Origin: Okamejei kenojei
Lineage: Eukaryota
Assembly: GCA_035221665.1 (NCBI GenBank)
Contig: CM069138.1
Location: 22,258,001-22,322,000 of the forward strand
Direction: 5' to 3'
Length of the DNA stretch: 64,000 bases
Part shown: piece by piece, positions 1 through 12,100 of the stretch
Numbering within the stretch: the stretch's first letter is position 1
Layout: the number at the start of each line of letters is the position of its first letter
The notes under the pieces: generated by a model
What the model was told of the DNA's origin: nothing
Database searches by the model: none
The model's input: only the letters and a program-made list of their open reading frames with translations
Translations under genes and position numbers: made by a program

Positions 1-2131
1 ATGGAGTAAATGAGGTGCTAGAGGAGTATAAAGAATGTAAAAAGAATCTTAAGAAAGAAATTAGGAAGGCTAAAAGAAGATATGAGGTTGCTTTGGCAAG
101 AAAGGTGAAAGTAAACCCAAAGGGTTTCTACAGCTATATTAATAGCAAAAGGATAACGAGGGATAAAATTGGACCATTAGAGAACCAGAATGGACAGCTA
201 TCTGCAGAGCCAAAAGAGATGGGGGAGATATTGAACAATTTCTTTTCTTCGGTATTCACCAAGGAGAAGGATATTGAACTCTGTGAGTTAAGGGGAAAAA
301 GTAGAGTAGCTATGGAAACTATGAGATTCAAAGAGAAGGAAGTACTGACACTTTTGAAAAATATAAAAGTGGATAAGTCTCCAGGTCCTGACAGGATATT
401 CCCTAGGATATTGAGGGAAGTTAGTGTAGAAATAGCAGGAGCTATGACAGAAATATTTCAAATGTCATTAGAAACGGGAATAGTGCCGGAGGATTGGCGT
501 ACTGCGCATGTTGTTCCATTGTTTAAAAAGGGTTCAAAGAATAAACCTAGCAATTATAGACCTATTAGTTTGACGTCAGTGGTGGGCAAATTAATGGAAA
601 GGATACTTAGAGATAATATATATAAGCATCTGGATAAACAGGGTCTGATCAGGAACAGTCAACATGGATTTGTGCCTGGAAGGTCATGTTTGACAAACCT
701 TCTTGAATTTTTTGAAGCGGTAACTAGGGAAATTGATGAGGGTAAAGCAGTGGATGTTGTCTATATGGATTTCAGTAAGGCCTTTGACAAGGTTCCCCAT
801 GGAAGGTTGGTTAAGAAGGTTCAATCTTTGGGTGTTAATGGCGGAGTAGCAAGATGGATTCAACAGTGGCTGAATGGGAGATGTCAGAGAGTAATGGTGG
901 ATGGCTGTTTGTCAGGTTGGAAGCCGGTGACCAGTGGGGTGCCTCAGGGATCTGTGTTGGGTCCACTGTTGTTTGTCATGTACATCAATGATCTGGATGA
1001 TGGGGTGGAAAATTGGATAAGTTAGTATGCAGATGATACTAAGATAGGTGGTGTTGTGGATAATGAAGTAGATTTTCAAAGTCTACAGAGAGATTTGGGC
1101 CATTTGGAAAAGTGGGCTGAAAGATGGCAGGTGGAGTTTAATGCTGTTAAATGTGAAGTGCTACATCTTGGCAGGACAAATCAAAATAGGACGTACATGG
1201 TAAATGGTAGGGAATTGAGGAATGCTGTGGAACAGAGGGATCTAGGAATAACTGTGCATAGTTCCCTGAAGGTGGAATCGCATGTAGATAGGGTGGTAAA
1301 GAAAGCCTTTGGTGTGCTGGCCTTTATAAATCACAGCATTGAACATAGGAGTAGGGAAGTAATGTTAAAATTGTACAATTTTAAGAGTGAGTTGGATGTG
1401 GCCCTTGTGGCTAAGGGGATCAGAGGGTATGGAGAGAAGGCAGGTACGGGATACTGAGTTGGATGATCAGCCATGATCATATTGAATGGCGGTGCAGGCT
1501 CGAAGGGCCGAATGGCCTACTCCTGCACCTAATTTCTATGTTTCTATGTTTCTACAAGGCATTGGTAAGACCAATTCTGGAGTATGGTGTACAATTTTGG
1601 TCGCCTAGTTATAGGAAGGATGTTAACAAAATAGAGAGAGTACAGAGATTTACTGGAATGTTGCCAGGGTTCCAGCAACTATGTTACAGAGAAAGGTTGA
1701 ACAAGTTAGGTCTTTATTCTTTGGAGCGCAGAAGGTTAAGGGGGGACTTGATTGAGGTCTTTAAAATGATGAAAGGGATAGACAGAGTTGACGTGGATAC
1801 GTTTTTTCCCATTGAGGGTAGGGAAGATTCAAACAAGAGGGCATGACATGAGAATTAAGGGACAGAAGTTTAGGGGTAACGTGAGGGGGAACTTCTTTAC
1901 TCAGAGGGTGGTGGCTGTGTGGAATGAGCTTCCAGCAGAAGTGGTGGAGGCAGGATCGATTTTAACATTTAAGAGTAAAGTGGATAGGTATATGGACGTG
2001 AAGGGAATGGAGGGGTATGGTCTGAGTGCAGGTAGATGGGACTAGGGGAAAACAAATGGTCGGCACGGACTGGAAGGGCCGAGAGGGCCTGTTTCCGTGC
2101 TGTAATTGTTATATGATTATATGGTTATATG
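1..2131 (+). mobile_element. CR1-clade LINE, ORF2 RT and 3' UTR (disrupted)
   Basis: [38 protein letters not shown], stop then YADD; (TTATATGG)n-like tail. A 3' fragment of a second CR1 family is nested at about 1378-1551. Confidence 0.95.
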
Positions 2132-2380
2132 GTTTTTCACACAGAGAGTGGTGAATGTGGAATTCTCTGCCACAGAAGGTAGTTGAGGCCAGTTCGTTGG
2201 CCATATTTAAGAGGGAGTTGGATGTGGCCCTTGTGGCTGAAGGGATCAGGGGGTATGGAGAGAAGGCAGGTACAGGATAATGAGTTGGATGATCAGCCAT
2301 GATCATATTGAATGGCGGTGCAGGCTCGAAGGGCCGAATGGCCTGCTCCTGCACCTAATTTCTATGTTTCTATGTTTCTA
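2132..2380 (+). mobile_element. CR1 3'-end fragment, (TTTCTATG)n-tail family
   Basis: FTQRVVNVWNSLP-coding end plus the 3' UTR shared with 1378-1551 and 46415-46678. Confidence 0.85.
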
Positions 2381-2503
2381 TCTGATAAGGTAGCGTGGCG
2401 TCGAAGGAAGGAAATGGCTGGAGATCTGCAACAGCCTGGGACTTGCCTGGAACAGGCACTGCTCATAAGAACTAGAGCGAGGTGGTGCTATTTGAAAATA
2501 GCA

Positions 2504-2517
2504 CCACTAGATGGCGC
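2504..2517 (+). promoter_or_regulatory. CTCF core motif
   Basis: CCACTAGATGGCGC matches the CTCF core consensus and overlaps one arm of a hairpin (GTGGTGCTATT-tgaa-AATAGCACCAC). Confidence 0.5.
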
Positions 2518-2560
2518 CTCTTGCATGCGTGCCCAGTAGACTAAATCTGTACTTTTTAAA

Positions 2561-2684
2561 GAAGGAACTGCAGATGCTGGAGAATCGAGGGTACACAAAA
2601 AGCTGGAGAAACTCAGCGGGTGCAGCAGCATCTAAGGAGTGAAGGAGATAGGCGACGTTTCGGGTCGAGACCCTTCTTCAGACT
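2561..2684 (-). mobile_element. Penelope-like terminal fragment with minimal hammerhead ribozyme core
   Basis: Minus strand CTGAAGA-A-GGGTC-TC-GACCC-GAAA-CGTC. The adjoining block (GATGCTGC..GCTGAGTT.CTCCAGC) recurs many times in the window. Confidence 0.6.
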
Positions 2685-3052
2685 AAATCTGTACACTTGC
2701 TAATTAGGGATCGGCAATATTCTACTGGACTGTCTGTATGAAAAATAATTTCATTGTGTTAGCACTTCGCAAATGTGACAACAAAAGCACTATTGAACCA
2801 TTGTTTCCGCATATCACCTTCTGACTTACAAGATTCCAACATCTGTAGGATTCCAGCATCTCTTGTTTCCACATTAGCTTTCAGCCTCTATTCCCACCTT
2901 CTGCTCCCCACTTGGCTCATCTGCCCTTCTTTCCTCTCTTCATCTGTTTCTATCTATTACTGCCTGCCCTGCCTCACACCTCCCGTTCACCTCTTTTTGT
3001 TGGCTATCTGCTCTCTATAATCACGACCCAAAACATCGACCAAAACTCTATT

Positions 3053-3108
3053 TTAGTTGCCTTGATGGAGACCTTGAGTGCTTGAATAAGATTTATCAGA
3101 TACAAGAT
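3053..3108 (-). CDS. Tentative terminal cytoplasmic exon ([18 protein letters not shown])
   Basis: Acceptor atctcctctctattag; phase 1 is compatible with the preceding exon; stop at 3055-3053. No independent support, and the gene could instead continue beyond the window start. Confidence 0.35.
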
Positions 3109-6100
3109 CTAATAGAGAGGAGATATGTATTCCAATTGTTCCTATTGATCTGAGATATAGGAGCAGATTTAGGCCATTTGGCCCATCAAGTTTGTTCCAC
3201 CATTCAATCATGGCTGATCGATATTTCCCTCTCAACCCCATTATCCTCTCCTCTCCCTGTAACCTTTGGCACCCTCGCTAACCAACAACCTATCAATCCC
3301 CGATTTAAAAATACCCAATGACATGCCCTCCACTGCCATCCATGGCAACGGATTCCACAGATTCACTCAGATATGGTGTTAGTTCAAGATGACTAAGTTG
3401 TGAAGAATTTTCTTTGAAGAGTGCTTTGAATCTTTATATTTCTCTGTCAGAGAACTGTGAAGCTAATTTGTTGAGTATGTTTAAAGGAATTGAAAAGCCA
3501 TAGAGGTTGAATAGTTTAAGTTGAGAATGGTGCAACAATGTTCTACTTCCTTGACTGTTTCTTATGTTCTTACATTTGGAATCATTACTGAACTTAGCCA
3601 ACTTTTGAAGAAATCCCCAATATGAGTACTGAAATTAACTTTTTACCTGTAACTGTGTTCAGGTCTTCAGTAGAGTTCCTAGCGAAATGATATAGAACAC
3701 ACTGTCAGTGAACTATTTATATTTGTTGAACGTCTCAGAAGAACAACAACGGGACTGTGCATATTCGTATGTGTACCGAGGTACAATGAAACGTTTTATT
3801 TGCATGCTATCCAGTCAAATCATACTACACAATCAAAGCAGATACAAGTACAACAGGTGGTGCAAAGATAAAAATACAAGAGAAACAAATGTGGTGTTAT
3901 AGCATTTTAGCTTTACGGCCACAGACAAAAAAAAGTGGCGCCACAATGGCTCAGCGGTACAGTTGCTGCCTTACAGCGCTAGATACCCAGATTCTATCCT
4001 GACTACGGCTGCTGTCTATACAAAGTTTGTACATTCTCCCCATGACCTGCGTGGGTTTTATCCAGTGCTCCTTTTTCCTCCCTGACGCCAAAGATGTACA
4101 GGTTTGCAGATTCATTGGCCGGTAAACATTGTACATTGACCCAGTGAGTAGGATAGTGTTAGTGATCACTGGGCTCAGTGGGCTGAAGGGCCTATTCCCA
4201 CACTATATCTCTAAAGTCTAAAGAAAGGTCTGCAATGTGGTGGGCTGTTCAATAATCATATAAAACACTTATTTTCTAAATGGGGGGAGAATTCCGAAAT
4301 CAGAGGTGCAAAGGGACTTGGGAGTGCTGGTGCAGGATTCACAAAACATTAATTTGCAAGTCAAATCAGTAGTAAGGAAGGTGAATGCAAAGCTAGCATT
4401 TATTTTGATTGCTACAATACAAAATACGTTGTAATTTATAAGGCACTGCTCAGACCGTGTTTGGCATATTATGAGCAGTTTGGGCCCTATAACTGAGGAA
4501 GGATGTGCTGGCATTGGGACCCAGCCTCTCCAGTCCCTCCACATAACTGAAATTTTAGTTTAATTTAGTTTAAGATACAGCGCGGAAACAGGCCCTGTGA
4601 CCCACCGAGTCTGCGCCGACAGGGCCGGCCTTAAGCCGATTGGACCAATTGCTCCCAATTGGGCCCCGCGCCAATGGGGGGCCCCCGCGCTAATTTTCTG
4701 TATTTCATACGGAAATACAAATTTGCTAAATACAATTAAAAAAAAACTTTTGCCTTGTTAAAAAAGGATATATATTTTTTAAACGAACACGGATAAAAAC
4801 CACTGCACCGGCCATCAGACAAAAACGATGTGTTAACTACTAGCAAGTTAACAGCCATTAGTTAACACGTAGTTATACAATGTGTCATCAATTAATCGAT
4901 CCACATTCCTCAGTAAATGTAATTGTGTTTAGACCAAGTATTAATGGTCCTGTGAATTTTATTCAAAGGAACACGGCATCATTGATACTTGGTCAAAACA
5001 CAATTACACTGAGGCATGTAGATCGATGCATTGACGACATTGAGAATTTCTTAAAACTCATCATTATGGTTGAGGGCTCAGACTGCGAGTTTCTTCTTGG
5101 TGTGCAGGTTAGTCATTCACCGACCGACCAACGTTGTGTCTCTCTGTCTTTAGCTCACTCCGTCCCTCCCTCCCTTTCTCACTCTCTCTCTCACCCTGTC
5201 GCATCAGCATTCCCGGAATCATTGACGTTTTGTGGCGATGGCTGCATCTGCGGTTTCTTTCTGTTGGTGGGGGGGGGAGGGCATTGACTTTTGTTGCTAA
5301 GGTTTTAGAGTAAAGCATAACTCACTTTCCCAATGTGCTGGACATAACTAGAAGGTGCATTGCCCTGCAATGTTTCACAGACCTCCAATGAGCTGGTTCA
5401 ATGGTTGAAGGGTCTGAAGAAGGGCCTCAACCCAAAACGTCACCCATTCCTTGTATCCAGAGATGCTGCCTGTCCCGCCGAGTTACTCCAGCATTTTGTG
5501 TCTATCTTCGTTTCAATGGTTCAAAGGTTTCCACATTATTAGGAAAATTAGAGGTGAGAAAAGGTACTGAACAGATCATTCAGTTCTGGGGTTTGTTCTG
5601 TATCTTTTCATACCTCTAGTTTCCCTCTCCCCTGACTCTCAGCTTGAAGAACTGTGTGCAGGATAGTGTTCGTGTGCAGGGGTCGGTGCGGACTCGGTGG
5701 GCCGAAGGGCCTGTTTCCGCGCTGTATCTCTCAACTAAACTAAACCGATAATCTATGGAACGAAAATAGAGCATCTTTGTTGGTTCATTATGACTTGACG
5801 GGGCTTTCAAATCCCGCACGAGAAACCTTCGCGGCACGGTGGCGCAGTGGTACAGTGGCTGCCTCACAGCGCCAGAGACCCGGGTTCTTTCCTGATGACC
5901 GGTGCTATCTGTACGGAGTTTCTACGTGCTCCCCGTGACCTGCATTGGTTTTCTCCGAGATCTTCCGTTTCCTCCCGCTCTCCAAAGACGTTCAGGTTGT
6001 AGGTTAAGTGGCTTGGTACAAATGTAAATTGTCACTAATGTGTGTGGGATAGTGTTTGTGTGCGGGGATTGCTGGTCGGTGCGGACTCGATGGGCTGAAG

Positions 6101-9100
6101 GGCCTGTTTCCGTGCTATATCACTAAACTAAACTAAACTAGAGCAGATAATCTATGGAAAGAAAGCAGATCATCTTTATTGGTACATTATGACTTGACGG
6201 GGATTTCAAATCCCGCACAAGATACCTTCAAGAATGGAGCATGCATTTCTATCAGTCATAGAAACAGAAACATAGAAAATAGGTGCAGGAGTAGGCCATT
6301 CGGCCCTTCGAGCCAGCACTGTTGACCATAATATGATCATGGCTGATCATTTAAAATCAGTAGCTACACAAAAGGCTGGAGAAACTCAGCGGGTGCAGCA
6401 GCATCTAAGGAGCGAAGGAGATAGGCGACCTTTCGGGTCGAGACCCTTCTTCAGACTGGTCAGGGATCAGGGAAACGAGAGATATAGACGGTGATGTGGA
6501 GAGATAAAGAACAATGAATGAAAGATATGCAAAAAAGTATCGATGATAAAGGGAACAAGCCATTGTAAGCTGTTTGTGGGTGAAAATGAGAAGCTCGTGC
6601 GACTAGGGTGGGGGAGGGAGATAGAGAGAGAGGAGGTTTGGAGATTGCTTTCTTCACTGCTTTCAGTGACACATCCATGGGCTCCACTGAACAATGTAAT
6701 CAATATCTTCTTCATTGACTTCAACTGAGCGTTACGACAATATTTACTTAGTGAGGTCATAGATCACCTTGCAAGAAGCTCTAGCCATCATGGTTAAGAG
6801 TGAAAAACTTCACTGTTTTTTTAATTGAGAAGAGCTATCATCTTATGTATTGATCTCGGGTCGCTTTACCCACTCTGGTCTCAGAGCCGGTGATTCCAAC
6901 CACGGCAGCCTCCTGAATGCAGAGATGTGTGAGTTTACTGAGGCCAATGTGACGATACAATTGAGTCTGGTTTAGGTTTTTAGTTCAGAGTCAATGCCGA
7001 AGGCAGACCAAACATCTTAAACAGAGATTGGTCAGATACAGTGAGAAATCATGTGAAATAATCGCTGAATTTTATTTTAAATGAATGTACCTGCATGTTA
7101 TACAGTTTAGTTTGGAGATACAGTGCATATAGTCCACTGAGTTCGCACCGACCAGCGAATTTATTATTTTCCTATTTGTCAATTTGTGCCCGATTATTTG
7201 GTGGCCAATCAACCGCTGTCTCTAAGGGGGTTGTGTCCAATCACCAACAGGCTTGCCTTAAAATTCCCGTCCAATCAACAATTCAGTCTACTCCCGTCCA
7301 ATCAACCGCTGTCTCCTAGGGCATTGTGTCCAATCACATAATGCAGTTTAATGGTAATTAGCAGCTACGGTAAGGGTTGGAAGCCAGCGTAGGCACTGAC
7401 ACTCAGATGGGAGTAGGAGAGATTAAGACAGTGTATAATCCATAGCACCTTAGTGTACAATTTCATAATATATACTAAATAACAGGGCTGACAGACCTTG
7501 GCTGGGAACCTGGGGCTCACCAGAATTGTTCCCAATTGGGCCCCGCACCACCTAAGGCCGGCCCTGTGCGCCGACCAGCGATTCCCACACAATAACATTA
7601 TCCTACACACTAGGACAATTTACCATTTTACCTACAGTTAGCCAGCACACCTGCACTTCTTTGGAATGTATGAGGAAACGAGCACCCGGAGCAAACCCAT
7701 GCAGGTCACGGGGAGAACAGACAAACTCTGAACAGACAGCACCCATAGTCAGAATCAAACCCTGGTCTCTGGCGCTGTAAGGCAGCAACCCCACCTTTGC
7801 ACCCGTGCCTGAACTGTTCCATCCCACGAAACTTCCATGTTCCACAACTCTGTCCTCCGGTCTTTGCTGGATTCAACGCCTGTGCCCACCATGCTTAATT
7901 CAATATCATATTAAACCAAGATGTGAAAATACATTTTACTCACCCTTCGGGTTTAAATAAGTGTTGAAAGCACACCCATTTTTTCATATAGCACACTGCT
8001 GTTGCTGAGATGCTGAATAAGAGGACTAATACCAGGACACAGGCTACAATACCACCCAAGATTTTCAAAGACAACTTTTCATATGGTTGTTCTGAAAAAT
8101 ATAAAAGGTTTATAGAGTTTAGATGCAACCTGTGTTTATTTCTCTCATTTTAAGCAAACACACAAGCTCTGAACTGCAAGGGCAGCAGCACTGAAGATGT
8201 CCCATCATAGCATTCTTCAAAGCAACCTAAATTGGGATTAAAAAAAAGAAAATGGTGAACACACTCAGCAGATCAGGCTGCATCTGTGCGGAGAGATGCA
8301 ATCTACGCTGCAAGTTGAAAATCCTTCATCAGAACTGAGCAAGATAGACCAGGTTGGTCTAAGTAGCCAGGAACCTGGGGGAGGGCAGGGGGTGGAACAA
8401 AGTGAATGTCTGTGATAAAACATAGAACTGTATAGCAGTATAGCACAGGAACAGGCTGCATCCGTGCCGAACATTGTTTATTTATGTTATTTATGTGTAT
8501 ATTGAACTGAACTGTTCTGTATTGTTTGCTTACAATATTCTGTTGTGCTGCAGCAAGCAAGAATCTCATTGTCCTCTCTGGGACACACGACAATAACCTC
8601 TCTTGACTTGACTTGAACATGATGACAAGTTAAACTAATCTTCTCTGCCTGCAAAATATGACACAATGTTCGAGAGTAACTCATTGGGTCAGGCAGCATC
8701 CCTGGAGAATATGAAGAGGCGACATTTCGGTTCGGGATTTTCCTCAGTCTGATTGTGTGTGTGTGTGTGTGTGGGGGGGGAGGATAGAAAACTAGAAGAG
8801 CGGAAGGGCAGGACAAAGCTTGGCAGGTAATAGGTAATACAGGTGAGGGAGTTTGACAGGAAGATGGTTGGATGAAGGCCAGAGTAATTGTCAGAGATAT
8901 AGGGCCCAGAGTAAAAAACAGGTAATTGTCATCGAGTCACTGAGTGATTAGTGTGGAAACAGTGGGATTGGCCTTCCAGTGACTGCTCTCAAGCCACTTC
9001 CAGTGACTGCTCCAATTGCCTCCGCCCTAATTTCTTTCTCCTCAGTAAATACAGATGTGAAATACTCATTTAGGACCTTGCCCATCTCCTGTGGCTGCAC

Positions 9101-12100
9101 AGAGGTGACCGCTTTGATTCCTGAGAGGTCCCACTCTCTCTCTAGTTACCCTTTTCCCCCTTATGTATTTATAAAGTATTTTGGGATTGTTCTTAATGCA
9201 GAGCTGCCAAGTTCTGTCATAGCATTTCAGTATTCTATTACCTGAAAATCAGTATTTTGCTGAGGAAATCAGTCTTTTTATATGGTGGCGCTTTGCTGAA
9301 AAAAATGTTTTTTTTAATGTGCGGCCATACCCATGTAAGAGTGCAAGAACGCATAACTTTGCTACCAATTGACATGTCTTCTACGCACCTTACTTAACAG
9401 TGCATTCATTGCCATCTCTTTGTATACTGCTGTTTGAACGGCTGCATCCTGCTTTTAGCACCAGATGATTATGTAGAATCCATTCTGGAAGTCTCCCTCC
9501 CCTTCCTCGNNNNNNNNNNNNNNNNNNNNNNNNNNNNNNNNNNNNNNNNNNNNNNNNNNNNNNNNNNNNNNNNNNNNNNNNNNNNNNNNNNNNNNNNNNN
9601 NNNNNNNNNNNNNNNNNNNNNNNNNNNNNNNNNNNNNNNNNNNNNNNNNNNNNNNNNNNNNNNNNNNNNNNNNNNNNNNNNNNNNNNNNNNNNNNNNNNN
9701 NNNNNNNNNNNNNNNNNNNNNNNNNNNNNNNNNNNNNNNNNNNNNNNNNNNNNNNNNNNNNNNNNNNNNNNNNNNNNNNNNNNNNNNNNNNNNNNNNNNN
9801 NNNNNNNNNNNNNNNNNNNNNNNNNNNNNNNNNNNNNNNNNNNNNNNNNNNNNNNNNNNNNNNNNNNNNNNNNATCATTCTCTGCCTCCCTCTCCCATCC
9901 CTCTCTCCCTCTCTCCTTCCCCCTCTCCCCCTCCCCTCTGCATCTTCTACCTCTCTTCACCCCTACCCCTCTCCCGCTCTTCACCCCTCCCTCTCTCCCC
10001 CTTCAGCCCATCCACCGTTCTGTAAAATCAAGGCCAACCCCAATGTAACTGCAATCCCACTGGTATCCATTTCACCACTAGGCTTATCCAGAATTCTACA
10101 CTGCCTGAAAAATAATCAAAGGCTCAAAGAGAATTTCAAAGACATTGTTATACGACAATTTTCCTGAACAGTCTGTAACCCATAACGCTTTGGCCAAAGC
10201 ACGATGTGTAAAGCCCATAACGCTATGTTTAAAGCCCATAGCGCTCCTGCCGGTAGCACTATATTTACAACCCACAGCGCGCTGCCGACAGCTCTTCTTT
10301 TAATTCCCACGCGTTAAACTGTCAACACTCTGCTTAAACCTGGAGTGGGACAGGCATTGACTCTGGAGAAAGAATGGGTGATGTTTCTGGTCGAGACCCT
10401 TCTTCAGACTGAACTGAACTCCATATTTAAAATCTGTATTTAACAACACAAAAATCGTACATCAGTATTCTTATCGCGTAGCCGGTCATAGTGCGAACTC
10501 CATCATCAAGTTCGCTGACGATACCACTTTTGTGGATGTATCACTGATGGGGACTAGTACAGAAGTGAGATCGACCGACTGACCAAATGGTGCCAGCACA
10601 ATAACCTGGCCCTCAACACCAGCAAAACACTGATGCAATCATAAAGAAAGCACATCAACGCCTCTACTTCCTGAGAAGATTATGGAGAGTCGGTATGTCA
10701 AGGAGGACTCTCTCTAACTTCCACAGGTGCACAGTGGAGAGCTTGCTGACTGGTTGCTTCGTGGCTTGGTTCGGAACCTTGAGTGCCCTGGAGCGGAAAA
10801 GACTACAAAAAGTGGTAAACACTGCCCAGTCCATCATCGGCTCTGACCTCCCGTCCATCGAGGGGATCTATCACAGTCGCTGCCTCAAAAAGGCTGGCAG
10901 CATCATCAAGGACCCATACCATCCGGGCCATATACTCATTTCCCCACTACCTTCAGGTAGAAAGTACAGGAGCTGGAAGACTGCAACGACCAGGTTCAGG
11001 AACAGCTACTTCCCCTCAGCCTTCAGGCTATTAATCTTGGCTCGGACAAAACTCTGAACATTAATAGCCAATAAATCTTTTTATTTGCACTTTATCAGTT
11101 TAATTATTCATGTGTGTATATATTTATGCAATGGTATATGGACACACTGATCTGTTCAATATTCGTGCCTACTATGTTCTGGTGTGCTAAAGCAAAGCAA
11201 GTATTTCATTGTCCTATCAGGGACACATGACAATAAAACTCTCTTGAACTCTTGATTTCCGTACAAAATACGGAAACTCCGTACCACTTGGCAGCTCTGC
11301 AATGCTACCCACCAGAGCTATCTCCTGGCCCCTTTTTGCCCTTCTGATTTCCTTTCTTAATTTATTACTTAGTTCCCGAAACTCCGCCAGGGATGCACTT
11401 GATCCCAGCTGCCTAAACCTGTCCCATGCTTCATTCTTGTTTTTAATTAACGTCTCAATTTCCCTCGTCAGCTAAGCTTCCTTACATTTGCCTGCTTTGC
11501 CCTTCACTCCATTTGGCCTCCTTTTCCCTCAAATAATCTACTCCAGTCAATTTTAGCGAGACCGTCACATACACTCAAAGTTGGCCTTACCTCCAGGTGA
11601 GCATTTTAACATGTGGACCCTCTCCATCCCTGTCCATAACGATCTTAAACATAATCAAGCTCAGGTCCAAAAGTCTCCTCCACACGCACTTCATTAACTT
11701 GCCCTTCCCATTTTCCTATTACTAGTTCCCTCTCATATCTGGGGGCCTCCACATGCTGCTTAAGAAAACTCTGCTGAACACTTTTGATAAATTTCACCTC
11801 GTCTAAACCCCTCACGTTATGATTTTCCCAGTCTATATCGGGAAAGTTAAAATCCCCTACTACAACAACCTTATTTGATCTGCAGCTGTCTGCAATCTCC
11901 TGGCACATTTTTTCTTCTAATTCCCATTGACTATTCGGGAGTCAGTAGTACACCCCCAACAAGGTGACCATCCCTTTCTTGTTCCTCAGCTCCACCCATA
12001 TAGCCTCACTAGGTGTCACCTCCGAACACAGCCGTAACATCCTCCTTAACCAACAATGCAACCTCCGACCTCTTTTTCCCTCAGCCCTGTCTCTCCTGAA

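Larger units (their letters stand above)
4555..7810 (-). mobile_element. HE1-like V-SINE split by a hAT insertion (parts 4555-4619 and 7567-7810)
   Basis: SINE tail on the left and body/head on the right join seamlessly across the TSD. Confidence 0.8.
9198..11300. mobile_element. Non-autonomous DNA transposon, superfamily uncertain
   Basis: 14-bp TIR GCAGAGCTGCCAAG/CTTGGCAGCTCTGC with apparent 3-bp TSD AAT; contains an assembly gap and a Rex-Babar insertion. Confidence 0.7.

Noticed and set aside
5831-5900. tRNA-like sequences with A/B boxes
   Set aside because: They are SINE heads continuing into the V-domain core, not tRNA genes.
6640-6912. Exon-like stretches with plausible splice sites (6870-6912; acceptor near 6688)
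   Set aside because: Both lie inside the hAT element; phase mismatch with the 3678 exon or no donor.
9390-10048. ORFs spanning the N run (likewise 63399-63765)
   Set aside because: Artefacts of assembly gaps and low-complexity flanks.
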